Positions 56,150 to 64,000 of a stretch of 64,000 bases of DNA are shown piece after piece. The translations under genes were made by a program, and so were the position numbers. This DNA comes from Bacillota bacterium (GTDB lineage Bacteria; Bacillota; Clostridia; Saccharofermentanales; DTU023). Location of the stretch: NCBI GenBank assembly GCA_023622515.1, contig JAMNZB010000030.1, positions 414 to 64,413 of the forward strand, written 5' to 3'. The first letter of the stretch is position 1; each line of letters starts with the position of its first letter. The notes beneath the pieces were generated by a model. That model was not told the origin of the DNA. It did no database searches and saw only the letters and a list, made by a program, of their open reading frames with translations.

Positions 56150-56187
56150 TTTTGAGCGAAAAGACGGCCAAGCATCAGGCCTAAAAG

Positions 56188-56751
56188 CTAGCTGTCAAGA
56201 CCGGCAAAATGACGGATAGCGGAATCAACAAAGATTCCAAGCATGGTCTGAAGCTGATTGACATGCCTTTCAACATCCACCTTCATATTGTCCCACAAAA
56301 ATTTTACAAAGAAACCAACGAAAGTATAATGACAAAAATTAGCCATGTCTTTTATTTTCTCCTCGGAAATGTTGCGCCCTGCAAGTCTCTTGCGGATATC
56401 AGCTATAATGGCTTCGTCAGTAGGTAATATGACATATCGCTCTAATTGTTCACGGGATAAGGAATAAAAAATATTATAAATTATTGAGGAGTGCTCTTGG
56501 CAATAGAGCAATATTTTTTTCAACTTTGCTGCAGAACCGGCACCATTATCTGTATCCTTTAAAACTTCTTCAAAGGTCTGCGATATCCAGGTATCCAAAA
56601 GGTCATAGATATTTTCATAATGATAATAGAAGGTGTTGGGGCTGATATGGCTTCGCCTTACAAGCTCCGTTACCGTTATTTTATCGAAAGACATCTCCTT
56701 CAGCATTTCTTCGAATTTCATCATTAGTACTTTTTGCGTAAGTAGTGCCAT
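56188..56751 (-). CDS. TetR/AcrR family transcriptional regulator
   Basis: N-terminal HTH (..FDKITVTELVRRSHISPNTFYYHYENIYDLL..). ATG 56751 follows GGGGGAGGA. Confidence 0.85.
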   Translation of the reverse strand: MALLTQKVLMMKFEEMLKEMSFDKITVTELVRRSHISPNTFYYHYENIYDLLDTWISQTFEEVLKDTDNGAGSAAKLKKILLYCQEHSSIIYNIFYSLSREQLERYVILPTDEAIIADIRKRLAGRNISEEKIKDMANFCHYTFVGFFVKFLWDNMKVDVERHVNQLQTMLGIFVDSAIRHFAGLDS

Positions 56752-56985
56752 ATCCTCCCCCTTCCCTAATGAAGCAAACAAGTCCAGTGTATACTAAAAA
56801 TTAATAAAAGTGAAAGCCCCATCCATGCCTATCTCCTTTTATGAGTTAAGAATGGTTGGGGCACTATTATCAGCCTTTTGCGGCAAGGCCGGTCCTGTAA
56901 AACAAGAGGCAGAAGCAAGGCTGCTACCGGATTTTTTCCCGGAAATACCGGCTAAGAAAGCTCCTGCAAACTTCCGGAAAGACCG

Positions 56986-57204
56986 TTAAAAAAGCAGCAG
57001 GATGGGGATGGTGATAAGGAGCAGGACTAAAATAGCTATGGGTAAAAACACCAGGAGACCGGATAAGCAGAGGGCTTTTACATCTTCTTTTTCTACATTT
57101 AGCCCAGCTTCCGGAGGAAGGTCTTGCCGCCCCTTAATCCCGGCTTTTTCTTGCCTATCTTGCTGCCATTTGAATGCTCTTTCTATACGCTTTTGAAACA
57201 TCAT
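56986..57204 (-). CDS. small membrane protein (hypothetical)
   Basis: 72 aa with a basic N-terminal half and a C-terminal TM (LCLSGLLVFLPIAILVLLLITIPILLLF). Strong AAAGGAGGG SD 8 nt upstream. Confidence 0.5.
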   Translation of the reverse strand: MMFQKRIERAFKWQQDRQEKAGIKGRQDLPPEAGLNVEKEDVKALCLSGLLVFLPIAILVLLLITIPILLLF

Positions 57205-57248
57205 TAGCCCGGCCCTCCTTTTATTTCTTCTTCCCTGTTTGTATTACT

Positions 57249-57278
57249 TACCGCCAAGCCCTATTTTGCTTGGCGGTA
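57249..57278 (-). terminator. stem-loop downstream of peptide ABC operon 2 (no clear U tail)
   Basis: 11-bp perfect stem TACCGCCAAGC / GCTTGGCGGTA with an 8-nt loop. Confidence 0.4.
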
Positions 57279-57351
57279 CTTATCATCTGCTTTACAACTT
57301 ATTTTATCAATTTCTTTCTTGTTCTTCCTTGTTCTTCCTATCAGCTTTCCC

Positions 57352-58938
57352 TTAATTTTTCTCTGCAGGCTCATGGGCTTCTGTTATAAAATCAGGAGCC
57401 GCTTCCAGTACTTCTCTGCCATCCAAATTTAAGGGGAAGTGGCAGGCAATGAAGTGTTCCGGTAAGACTTCGCGTAATTCCGGGACAACATGTTTGCATA
57501 CCTCTTGGGCATAGCGGCAGCGGGTGTGGAATTTACAGCCGGGCGGGGCCTTTACCGGCGAGGGAATGTCACCCTCAAGGATAACCAGTTCTTTACCACC
57601 CTCTTCATCAGCCGTCGGTATAGCGGACAAGAGGGCCTCGGTATAGGGGTGCATGGGCTTGGCAAAGAGGTCTGCCGAGCCGGCAAGCTCTACAATAACC
57701 CCCAGATACATGACAGCCACCCGGTCAGAAATATACTTGACCACCGAAAGGTCATGGGTGATGAAGAGGTAAGTTAAGTCCTTATCCTCCGCCAGGTCTT
57801 GCAGGAGGTTGATAATTTGTGACTGAATGGAAACGTCCAAGGCAGAAACCGCCTCGTCACAGACCACGAACTTGGGGTCCAGGGACAAGGCTCTGGCAAT
57901 CCCGATTCTTTGGCGCTGACCACCGGAGAATTGGTGGGGATAGCGGTGGAGGAAGTAGGGGGCCAGTCCGCAATCATCCATAATTTTAAGAACGTGCTCT
58001 TTCATGCGGTCATCATTACGCTTGAAGTACTTATGGGTCAGCATACCCTCACCGACAATTTGTCCAACAGTCATCCGGCTATCCAAGGAGGAATAGGGGT
58101 CTTGGAAAATAATTTGCATGTCGGTGCGCAGGTGTCTTGTTTCATTGTAGCTAAGCCTGGCCAGGTCGATACCATGATCCAGTTTGGCGTCTTCCTTTAT
58201 AAAGTCCTCATTTTGCAAATGAGGCTGCCTCAGCTTATCAACGACCGCTTCCGCACTTTTCAGCTCTTCCTCTACCTTTACTAAGCTCTCTTCTAAGGCC
58301 TTCTTCTCTGCCCTATACTTCTCGCTTTTACGCCCTGCCCCCAGCTTATTTTGCCCGGCACGATACTCAGCATCATCCAAATTAACGGAAGCTTCTTGCA
58401 AGTCATGCTTGATGTCGTATCTGCGCTTGGCAATCTCGTAAAGCTTTGTGTAGGCTGCTTCAACCTCCTCGAGATTCGGAACCGTAACCAAACCACCGAT
58501 GATATTGGTGATATCAAGGTCGGTATCTCGGACCGTCCTTCTCTTTTCAGCAAGCTTCTCCGCTTCCTCAAATTGTTCCTTTTCGCTCAATTTAGCAAAG
58601 CGGGCCTCCTCTTGGGCAAGTTCTTCTTTTAGTTTCCGTAATCTTGCGCACTTTTCGGGCAAGTTTTTAATGGTTTGCATGACATAGGCGGGTGCAATAT
58701 CGGTAAGATTGCGGCCATAGTACATCGTTCTTCCATCTGTTTGCTTATAAAGTTGCAAAATCGTCCTACCGAAGGTAGATTTTCCACAACCGGATTCTCC
58801 CACCAGACCCAAGGTTTCACCCTTATAAATGGTTAAATCAATACCATCATTTGCTTTAACAAAAAGCCCTTTTTTCTTTAGAGGAAACCACTGTTTAAGG
58901 TTCGTGATTTTAAATAATGGTTGTTTATCTTGTTTCAT
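57352..58938 (-). CDS. peptide ABC transporter ATP-binding protein (OppF type) with a large helical insertion, operon 2
   Basis: [27 protein letters not shown], Walker B, C-terminal ..PPGCKFHTRC... About 190 extra residues lie between Walker A and the Q loop. ATG 58938 follows AAGGAGGA. Confidence 0.9.
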   Translation of the reverse strand: MKQDKQPLFKITNLKQWFPLKKKGLFVKANDGIDLTIYKGETLGLVGESGCGKSTFGRTILQLYKQTDGRTMYYGRNLTDIAPAYVMQTIKNLPEKCARLRKLKEELAQEEARFAKLSEKEQFEEAEKLAEKRRTVRDTDLDITNIIGGLVTVPNLEEVEAAYTKLYEIAKRRYDIKHDLQEASVNLDDAEYRAGQNKLGAGRKSEKYRAEKKALEESLVKVEEELKSAEAVVDKLRQPHLQNEDFIKEDAKLDHGIDLARLSYNETRHLRTDMQIIFQDPYSSLDSRMTVGQIVGEGMLTHKYFKRNDDRMKEHVLKIMDDCGLAPYFLHRYPHQFSGGQRQRIGIARALSLDPKFVVCDEAVSALDVSIQSQIINLLQDLAEDKDLTYLFITHDLSVVKYISDRVAVMYLGVIVELAGSADLFAKPMHPYTEALLSAIPTADEEGGKELVILEGDIPSPVKAPPGCKFHTRCRYAQEVCKHVVPELREVLPEHFIACHFPLNLDGREVLEAAPDFITEAHEPAEKN

Positions 58939-59920
58939 GGCGTTCCTCCTTATTGGGATAGAAACAACGAATTTGTTGATTGTCTCCAACAACCGTCATC
59001 TGCGGTTCTTCTTCACGACAGCGTTCTCTGGCATACTTACATCTCGGTTCAAACTTACAGCCTTTGGGTAAATCCAGAGGATGGGGAACCGCACCCGGGA
59101 TGGCTTCCAAACGGACACCTTGGGGGGTCTCGAGCCGCGGGATAGAGATTAAGAGCCCTTCTGTATAGGGATGAGAGAATTCGGTCTTCCTTGAGAAAAT
59201 GGTTCTCGTCGGAGCAAGTTCAACAACTTGGCCACAATACATGACAGCAACATCATCGGCAATCTGATTGATAACGCCAAGATCGTGAGTAATAAACATG
59301 ATGGCTGTTCCCTTGGCCTCTTGCAGTTCGTTCATCAAGCGGAGTATTTGGGCTTGTATGGTAACGTCAAGGGCCGTTGTCGGCTCGTCAGCAATCAAAA
59401 GACGAGGCTCACAGGCCAGGGCCATAGCTATCATAACTCGTTGTCTCATACCACCGGATAATTGGTGGGGATATTGTCTGGCTACAACATCGGGATTAGG
59501 GATTTTTACATCGTCAAGAATTTTTCGGACTGCCGCATAGGCATCTTTTTTATTCATTCCTCTGTGGATTATATAGGATTCACCCACTTGTTTTTCTACA
59601 GAAAACACGGGGTTTAAAGAGGTCATGGGTTCTTGGAAAATCATGGAAATAGCATTTCCGCGAATCTTGTACATTTCTGACAGGGGAAGGTTGGTGATGT
59701 CTCTTCCCTCAAAAATAATGTTACCGTCAGCAATGTAGCCGTTGCTCTCCAAAAGATGCAGGATGGACAAGGCGGAAACCGATTTACCGGAACCGGATTC
59801 ACCAACAACCCCTAAGGTTTTGCCCTCACCAACACGATAACTTGCGCCATTAACCGCCTTAACGATGCCACGTTTTGTCGTAAAATATGTTTTTAAATCT
59901 TTGATTTCTAATAGTGCCAT
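58925..59920 (-). CDS. peptide ABC transporter ATP-binding protein (OppD type), operon 2
   Basis: GESGSGKS, LSGGMRQR, Walker B, C-terminal ..CKFEPRC... AAGGAGAA SD. Confidence 0.92.
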   Translation of the reverse strand: MALLEIKDLKTYFTTKRGIVKAVNGASYRVGEGKTLGVVGESGSGKSVSALSILHLLESNGYIADGNIIFEGRDITNLPLSEMYKIRGNAISMIFQEPMTSLNPVFSVEKQVGESYIIHRGMNKKDAYAAVRKILDDVKIPNPDVVARQYPHQLSGGMRQRVMIAMALACEPRLLIADEPTTALDVTIQAQILRLMNELQEAKGTAIMFITHDLGVINQIADDVAVMYCGQVVELAPTRTIFSRKTEFSHPYTEGLLISIPRLETPQGVRLEAIPGAVPHPLDLPKGCKFEPRCKYARERCREEEPQMTVVGDNQQIRCFYPNKEERHETR

Positions 59921-59935
59921 ATTTTTTCTCCTTAC

Positions 59936-61792
59936 CTAGCGATCATTACTACTCTTGGGGTCAATGGCATCACGCAAGCCGTCACCGACAAGGTTGATAC
60001 AAATGGTACAAATACCGAAAATAGCTGCCGTAAAGACCCATCTCCACCAGTATTGCTGGATGACAATAGAGTCATTCGCCCCCTTGAGCATATTCCCCCA
60101 GGTTGGGGTCGGAGGAGCAATACCGAAACCTAAGTAACTTAGGGTGGACTCCGTTAACATACTGGAGGCAAAAGATAAGGTTGCGTTAACCAGGATAACG
60201 GAAATAACGTTGGGGATAATGTGTTTGAAGACAATAGCCCCCTCACGTAAACCAAGAGCCTTGGCGGCCATAATATATTCCATTTCACGTTGTGCCAAGA
60301 TTTGCGCACGAACCAAACGGCAGATACCGGGCCAGGAAAGGACCCCCAGCACCACCATGATAAGGTACATTCTTTGTTCAACAGAGATTCTCGTACCGAT
60401 GATGGCGGACAAAATCAAGGCAAAGGGCAGGAAGGGTAAACCACCGACAACTTCGGAAATACGCATAATAACCATATCAGTAATTCCGCCGAAGTAACCG
60501 GCCAGACCGCCCATAGTGATGCCAATAGCCAAAGAGATAATAACGGCTACAGCACCAACCGTCATGGTTACCTTACCACCGTTGATAATTCTGGTAAGTA
60601 TATCACGGCCATATTCATCCGTTCCGAACAGATAGCCTTTGAGGCCCCAGGTGTGAGGTTGACCGGCTTCATCAACAGCATAGTTTTGATAGCCTCCGGC
60701 AAAGACGTCTGTCATTTTTGTATCAAAAACCTTTTCCGGAACGCTGGCTTGGTTGAACCAGTTATCACCCCAGCTGAGGACCTCGCCCCGGTCGGTTAAA
60801 GCAGAATAGTGGGTTCTTCCGCCAACAATCTTAATAATCTTACCTTCATGCTCAGGAACCTTATTTTCCCCTTTTATCACGTTACCCCAGACATAAACTT
60901 TTCCGTCTTCGGTCAGGGCGGCATTGGTAAAGGCAGTCGAAGCAATATCTACAACACCCTTATCTAAACCTTCAGGGATAGTGGAAAGAGGATTGGTTTT
61001 CCTTGCCGGATAAATAACAGCTCCATCTGCTGTCAGAGCTAAAAAGTTATTGATATTAGCCGTTACTTTTTTATATTTTAAATCCTTAAAGTCCTTCTTC
61101 AGCTTGATGTCATTCAGGTTGGAGTTACCCCAGCTATAGAGGGTTCCATCCGCCGCTACCGCGACCGTAAACTGAATACCTGAATCCATGCTGATGAGGT
61201 CGATAGGTTCGCCTTCTTCCATCATATCGGCAAGCTCTTTAGGATATTTATCCTGGCCCAGGCGCGTGCTGCCCCAGGTGTGAAGGACGCCTTCACTGTC
61301 CAAGGCACTGACATGGTCACTACCTACAGAAAAATTAACGATTTTGGCTTGCTTTACTTCTTCAGGAATATTCTTCAAGTCAATATCTGCGGTGATTCTG
61401 GTGTAGCCCCAAATATAAAGTTTTCCATCCTTATCCGTTCCCACGGCAAAGGTGTTGCTGGGTTCAATTTTTTCAATATTCCCCTTCAACTCCTCCGGCA
61501 CCTTCATCAGACTAAAGGTCGGGGGAACATTCATTTGGGTATTGTCTTGATGGCCCAGGTCAATTTTTACAAAATAGGGGCCTACCATAACAAAAATGAA
61601 AATAATCAAGAAGGTAATTAAACCGAAGCGGGAAAGTTTCTTGCTCCAGAAATTACTGAGAATCATGCGGAAAGGACTCTGAAGGGCTTCTTCCTCTAAA
61701 ACGGAGAGTTCTTCATTGCGTGACCCAAATAAACGTTTAAACCAACGCGCCAGAAAAAATTCTTTCTTTCTTTCATTAGTTTTGTTTGTCAT
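59936..61792 (-). CDS. peptide ABC transporter permease (OppC type) with an inserted seven-bladed RCC1-like repeat domain, operon 2
   Basis: TM1, then about 285 aa containing 7 repeats of ..DG.(L/V)Y.WG.., then the canonical ..LFGTDEYGRDILTRIING.. and a 5-TM OppC core with an EAA loop. Confidence 0.9.
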   Translation of the reverse strand: MTNKTNERKKEFFLARWFKRLFGSRNEELSVLEEEALQSPFRMILSNFWSKKLSRFGLITFLIIFIFVMVGPYFVKIDLGHQDNTQMNVPPTFSLMKVPEELKGNIEKIEPSNTFAVGTDKDGKLYIWGYTRITADIDLKNIPEEVKQAKIVNFSVGSDHVSALDSEGVLHTWGSTRLGQDKYPKELADMMEEGEPIDLISMDSGIQFTVAVAADGTLYSWGNSNLNDIKLKKDFKDLKYKKVTANINNFLALTADGAVIYPARKTNPLSTIPEGLDKGVVDIASTAFTNAALTEDGKVYVWGNVIKGENKVPEHEGKIIKIVGGRTHYSALTDRGEVLSWGDNWFNQASVPEKVFDTKMTDVFAGGYQNYAVDEAGQPHTWGLKGYLFGTDEYGRDILTRIINGGKVTMTVGAVAVIISLAIGITMGGLAGYFGGITDMVIMRISEVVGGLPFLPFALILSAIIGTRISVEQRMYLIMVVLGVLSWPGICRLVRAQILAQREMEYIMAAKALGLREGAIVFKHIIPNVISVILVNATLSFASSMLTESTLSYLGFGIAPPTPTWGNMLKGANDSIVIQQYWWRWVFTAAIFGICTICINLVGDGLRDAIDPKSSNDR

Positions 61793-61807
61793 TTTAGTAC
61801 GTCCTTT

Positions 61808-62824
61808 CTATTTGTCGATGCGCACGCGAGGATCTACAAAGCCATAGCTTAAGTCGATGACGAGGGCGCCAAGTAAGCTAATAACCGTGTAGAACATTTG
61901 CATCGCAAGCACCAGCTCAAAGTCATTATTATTCAGGCCGTCAATATAGAGTTTTCCCATTCCGTTTAAGCTAAAGGTACTCTCTATGATAACCGAGCCG
62001 GAAAAAATGCTTAAGAACCAGCCAATGACAACAGTAATTACCGGGAGCAGGGCATTGCGCCAGGCATGAGAATAAATAACCGTTCTCTCCTTAACACCTT
62101 TCGCTCTGGCTGTACGGATATAGTCCATGGACAAACAGTCAATCATGGCTGCGCGAACATATCGCGTCATACCGCCCAGTGACGAAATAGTCATAATAAT
62201 CAGGGGCAAGGCAATATATCGCATGGTATCAAGAAACCACTTGGTACCCGTATAGCTGGAGCCCGGCGTCTTCATCCCCATAACCGGGAAAATACGTAGT
62301 ACAACGGCAAAAAGCCATATAAAGATCAAGGCTGTGATGTAAATAGGAATAGAATAACCCACAATAGAGAAGACCTGGACTGATTTATCAAACAGGGAGT
62401 CTTTCTTTACTGCAGATTTAATACCAAGAGGAATGGTTATTCCAAGGGCCATAACGGTGGCAAAAATATTAATAAAAACCGTAAACTTCATCGGGTTCTT
62501 AATAACAGCACGGACATCTTTCTTATAAAGGTTGGAGTAGCCGAAGTTACCCTGTAAATATCCGTTGAAAACACCATCTTTATTAGGAATTATCCCTATC
62601 CAGCGCCCGAATCGGGTTAGCATGGGATCATCCAGACCCATTTCCTCTCTCAGCTGGGCATATCTTTCTGCGTATTCATCAGCCTTCAATTCCTGACGCA
62701 TTGGCTCTAACTCCGCTCTGGCAGGATCTGTCGGAATCAAGTTATAGAGCATATACATAAGAAAAGAGATGATGAAGAATACCAGTACAATATACACTAA
62801 ACGCTGTGCAATATACTTTTTCAA
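61808..62824 (-). CDS. peptide ABC transporter permease (OppB type), operon 2
   Basis: ..YIAQRLVYIVLVFFIISFLMY.., ..DYIRTARAKGVKERTVIYSHAWRNAL... TTG start. Confidence 0.88.
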   Translation of the reverse strand: MKKYIAQRLVYIVLVFFIISFLMYMLYNLIPTDPARAELEPMRQELKADEYAERYAQLREEMGLDDPMLTRFGRWIGIIPNKDGVFNGYLQGNFGYSNLYKKDVRAVIKNPMKFTVFINIFATVMALGITIPLGIKSAVKKDSLFDKSVQVFSIVGYSIPIYITALIFIWLFAVVLRIFPVMGMKTPGSSYTGTKWFLDTMRYIALPLIIMTISSLGGMTRYVRAAMIDCLSMDYIRTARAKGVKERTVIYSHAWRNALLPVITVVIGWFLSIFSGSVIIESTFSLNGMGKLYIDGLNNNDFELVLAMQMFYTVISLLGALVIDLSYGFVDPRVRIDK

Positions 62825-62941
62825 ACTAGTACCGACCTTTCCATTCGTAATTATAAAAATTTGTTAATTTTTATAATTTTCTCCTTTTAAAGCAAATCTG
62901 ATTCAAGTAACTTGAATCAGATTACTTCTTGCCTAAGTTTT

Positions 62942-62974
62942 AAAAAGAAAAGTGCAGGGGTCACCCCCCGCACT
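62942..62974 (-). terminator. intercistronic terminator/attenuator after the SBP gene of operon 2
   Basis: Minus strand: GTGCGGGGG-GTGA-CCCCTGCAC (one mismatch) followed by TTTTCTTTTT. Confidence 0.6.
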
Positions 62975-62988
62975 TTTTAAACAGCTAA

Positions 62989-64000
62989 TTATTCAGCAAT
63001 ATTTGCATAAAGGATAGCTCTACCGAAGCCCCAGAAGGCACTATCTTCATAGTTTTCTAAGGTATCGATAAAGAAGCTGTAGTATTCATCAGAGTAGAGA
63101 GGAATTTCCGGTAATAATTCATTCCAGAGTTCCATAAAGTCTACCCAGACTTCGAGGAAGGCTTCATTGTCGCCGGGTTCAACACCGGTGGCCATTTTCT
63201 TACCGAGAGCGTTCAAGTCTTCATTGAGTAAGAAGTTGACGTTCCAGCCTTTAGCAACTTCTTCAGGATCTGTTGTGAAGCTGTTTTCAAAGGTGGAGTT
63301 CGGATAGAAGTTAGAAGCCAAGTTGTAGAGGCCGTAGGTGGGTACGCCATATCTTTCATCAACACTGCTGTCACGATACATCCAGTTGAGGAGTTCGGAG
63401 AAGGTCATGATATTTTGACGAATTTCCATACCGGCTTGGGGAGCTGTAGCTTCGGCCAACATGGTGGCTAAGAGCTCGGAAACAGGGTTATTCTCTGTGG
63501 AAGACCATTCAATGATGAGAGGCATCAGAATTTTGTCGCCAACGGTAACATTGTGGGTGTAGTCGCCGGCTTCTTCAGGAGTTACCTCTTTGTAACGGAC
63601 ACCTTCTTTGTACTCATTGCCTTCTGCATCAAGTACCCAGCCATCTTCTTCTAAGAGTTGAATGGCGGTATCTACGTCAAAGGTATACTCGTTGAGCTCT
63701 TCAAGCTCTTCTTCTGCTTCTTGGTATTGCCATTGGGCCAGGCCGTAAGGACCGTTTACAACGGAACCGTAACCACCGGTGAACTTGTTGGCAAACTCAT
63801 AGCGGTCGAGCAAGTGGGCAATAGCGTGACGGACATTAACAAATTGGGTGGGACCGAAGTCGCATTGGAACATTAATTTACCGTAACCGGCACGGGGGAA
63901 GCTGTTGTAGTTGAAGCCACCTTCAGCAACGAGGTCAAGACCGGCATTAATTCTATCACCACCGTTCATGGCAGGAAGAATCTCAATTTCACCCGTTCTC
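62989..64000 (-). CDS. peptide ABC transporter substrate-binding protein (family 5), 3' portion, operon 2
   Basis: The frame stays open upstream of the track's ATG 63969 to the window edge (..RTGEIEILPAMNGGD..). SBP_bac_5-like C-terminal half. Confidence 0.85.
   Translation of the reverse strand, partial: RTGEIEILPAMNGGDRINAGLDLVAEGGFNYNSFPRAGYGKLMFQCDFGPTQFVNVRHAIAHLLDRYEFANKFTGGYGSVVNGPYGLAQWQYQEAEEELEELNEYTFDVDTAIQLLEEDGWVLDAEGNEYKEGVRYKEVTPEEAGDYTHNVTVGDKILMPLIIEWSSTENNPVSELLATMLAEATAPQAGMEIRQNIMTFSELLNWMYRDSSVDERYGVPTYGLYNLASNFYPNSTFENSFTTDPEEVAKGWNVNFLLNEDLNALGKKMATGVEPGDNEAFLEVWVDFMELWNELLPEIPLYSDEYYSFFIDTLENYEDSAFWGFGRAILYANIAE

Noticed and set aside
56794-56826. 10-codon ORF MDGAFTFINF with a strong AAAGGAGAT SD upstream of the TetR gene
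   Set aside because: It could be a regulatory leader peptide. It cannot be distinguished from chance without conservation or ribosome-profiling data.
1-64000. Mobile elements, prophage, toxin-antitoxin or defence islands
   Set aside because: No transposase, integrase, recombinase, phage structural, restriction-modification, Cas or other defence-type domains were recognised in any frame. The NPPY methyltransferase at 45504..46724 has a THUMP domain typical of RNA methyltransferases.

Overview
This 64-kb window looks like a chromosomal segment from a moderate-GC Gram-positive, Clostridia-like anaerobe. The gene content suggests amino-acid and peptide fermentation. I call about 50 protein genes. 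I saw no rRNA, tRNA, CRISPR array, transposase, integrase, prophage or recognisable defence genes. Gene order, left to right: GNAT acetyltransferase; an aspS-gatA-gatB operon behind a long terminator-containing leader; alanine/cation symporter divergent from a Cys/Met-family PLP enzyme; MerR regulator; trmL plus a membrane-anchored serpin; feoA-feoB plus a small Cys-rich Feo protein; MMPL/RND transporter; a disrupted SGNH lipoprotein gene; alkaline phosphatase; YibE/F protein; an OmpR-type response regulator, a frameshifted histidine kinase and a MacB/BceAB-like ABC pair; membrane-anchored thermonuclease; CapA-like protein; 2-hydroxyacid dehydrogenase; ZIP zinc transporter plus a Cys-rich protein; aspartate ammonia-lyase; rhomboid-like protein; Opp/Dpp-type peptide ABC operon 1; deoD; M48/YgjP peptidase; YitT; THUMP methyltransferase; LRR/LPXTG surface protein; DUF3793 plus flavodoxin; M29 aminopeptidase; thiolase plus CoA-transferase A/B; TetR plus a radical SAM enzyme; peptide ABC operon 2. 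The most unusual observations are: (1) AspRS carries an in-frame C-terminal GatC domain and is followed by a GatA paralogue whose amidase catalytic signature is eroded. (2) In peptide ABC operon 2 the OppC-type permease carries a seven-bladed RCC1-like propeller in its first external loop, and the OppF-type ATPase carries a helical insertion of about 190 aa. (3) The TetR/radical-SAM locus is flanked by a perfectly conserved 30-bp direct repeat, TTGCGCAA palindromes and a 16-bp tandem array. (4) A relatively GC-rich membrane-anchored serpin lies downstream of trmL. (5) There are several unexplained repeats, palindromes and structured leaders. All three frame disruptions in the window sit at short homopolymers, so assembly error must be excluded before calling them pseudogenes.
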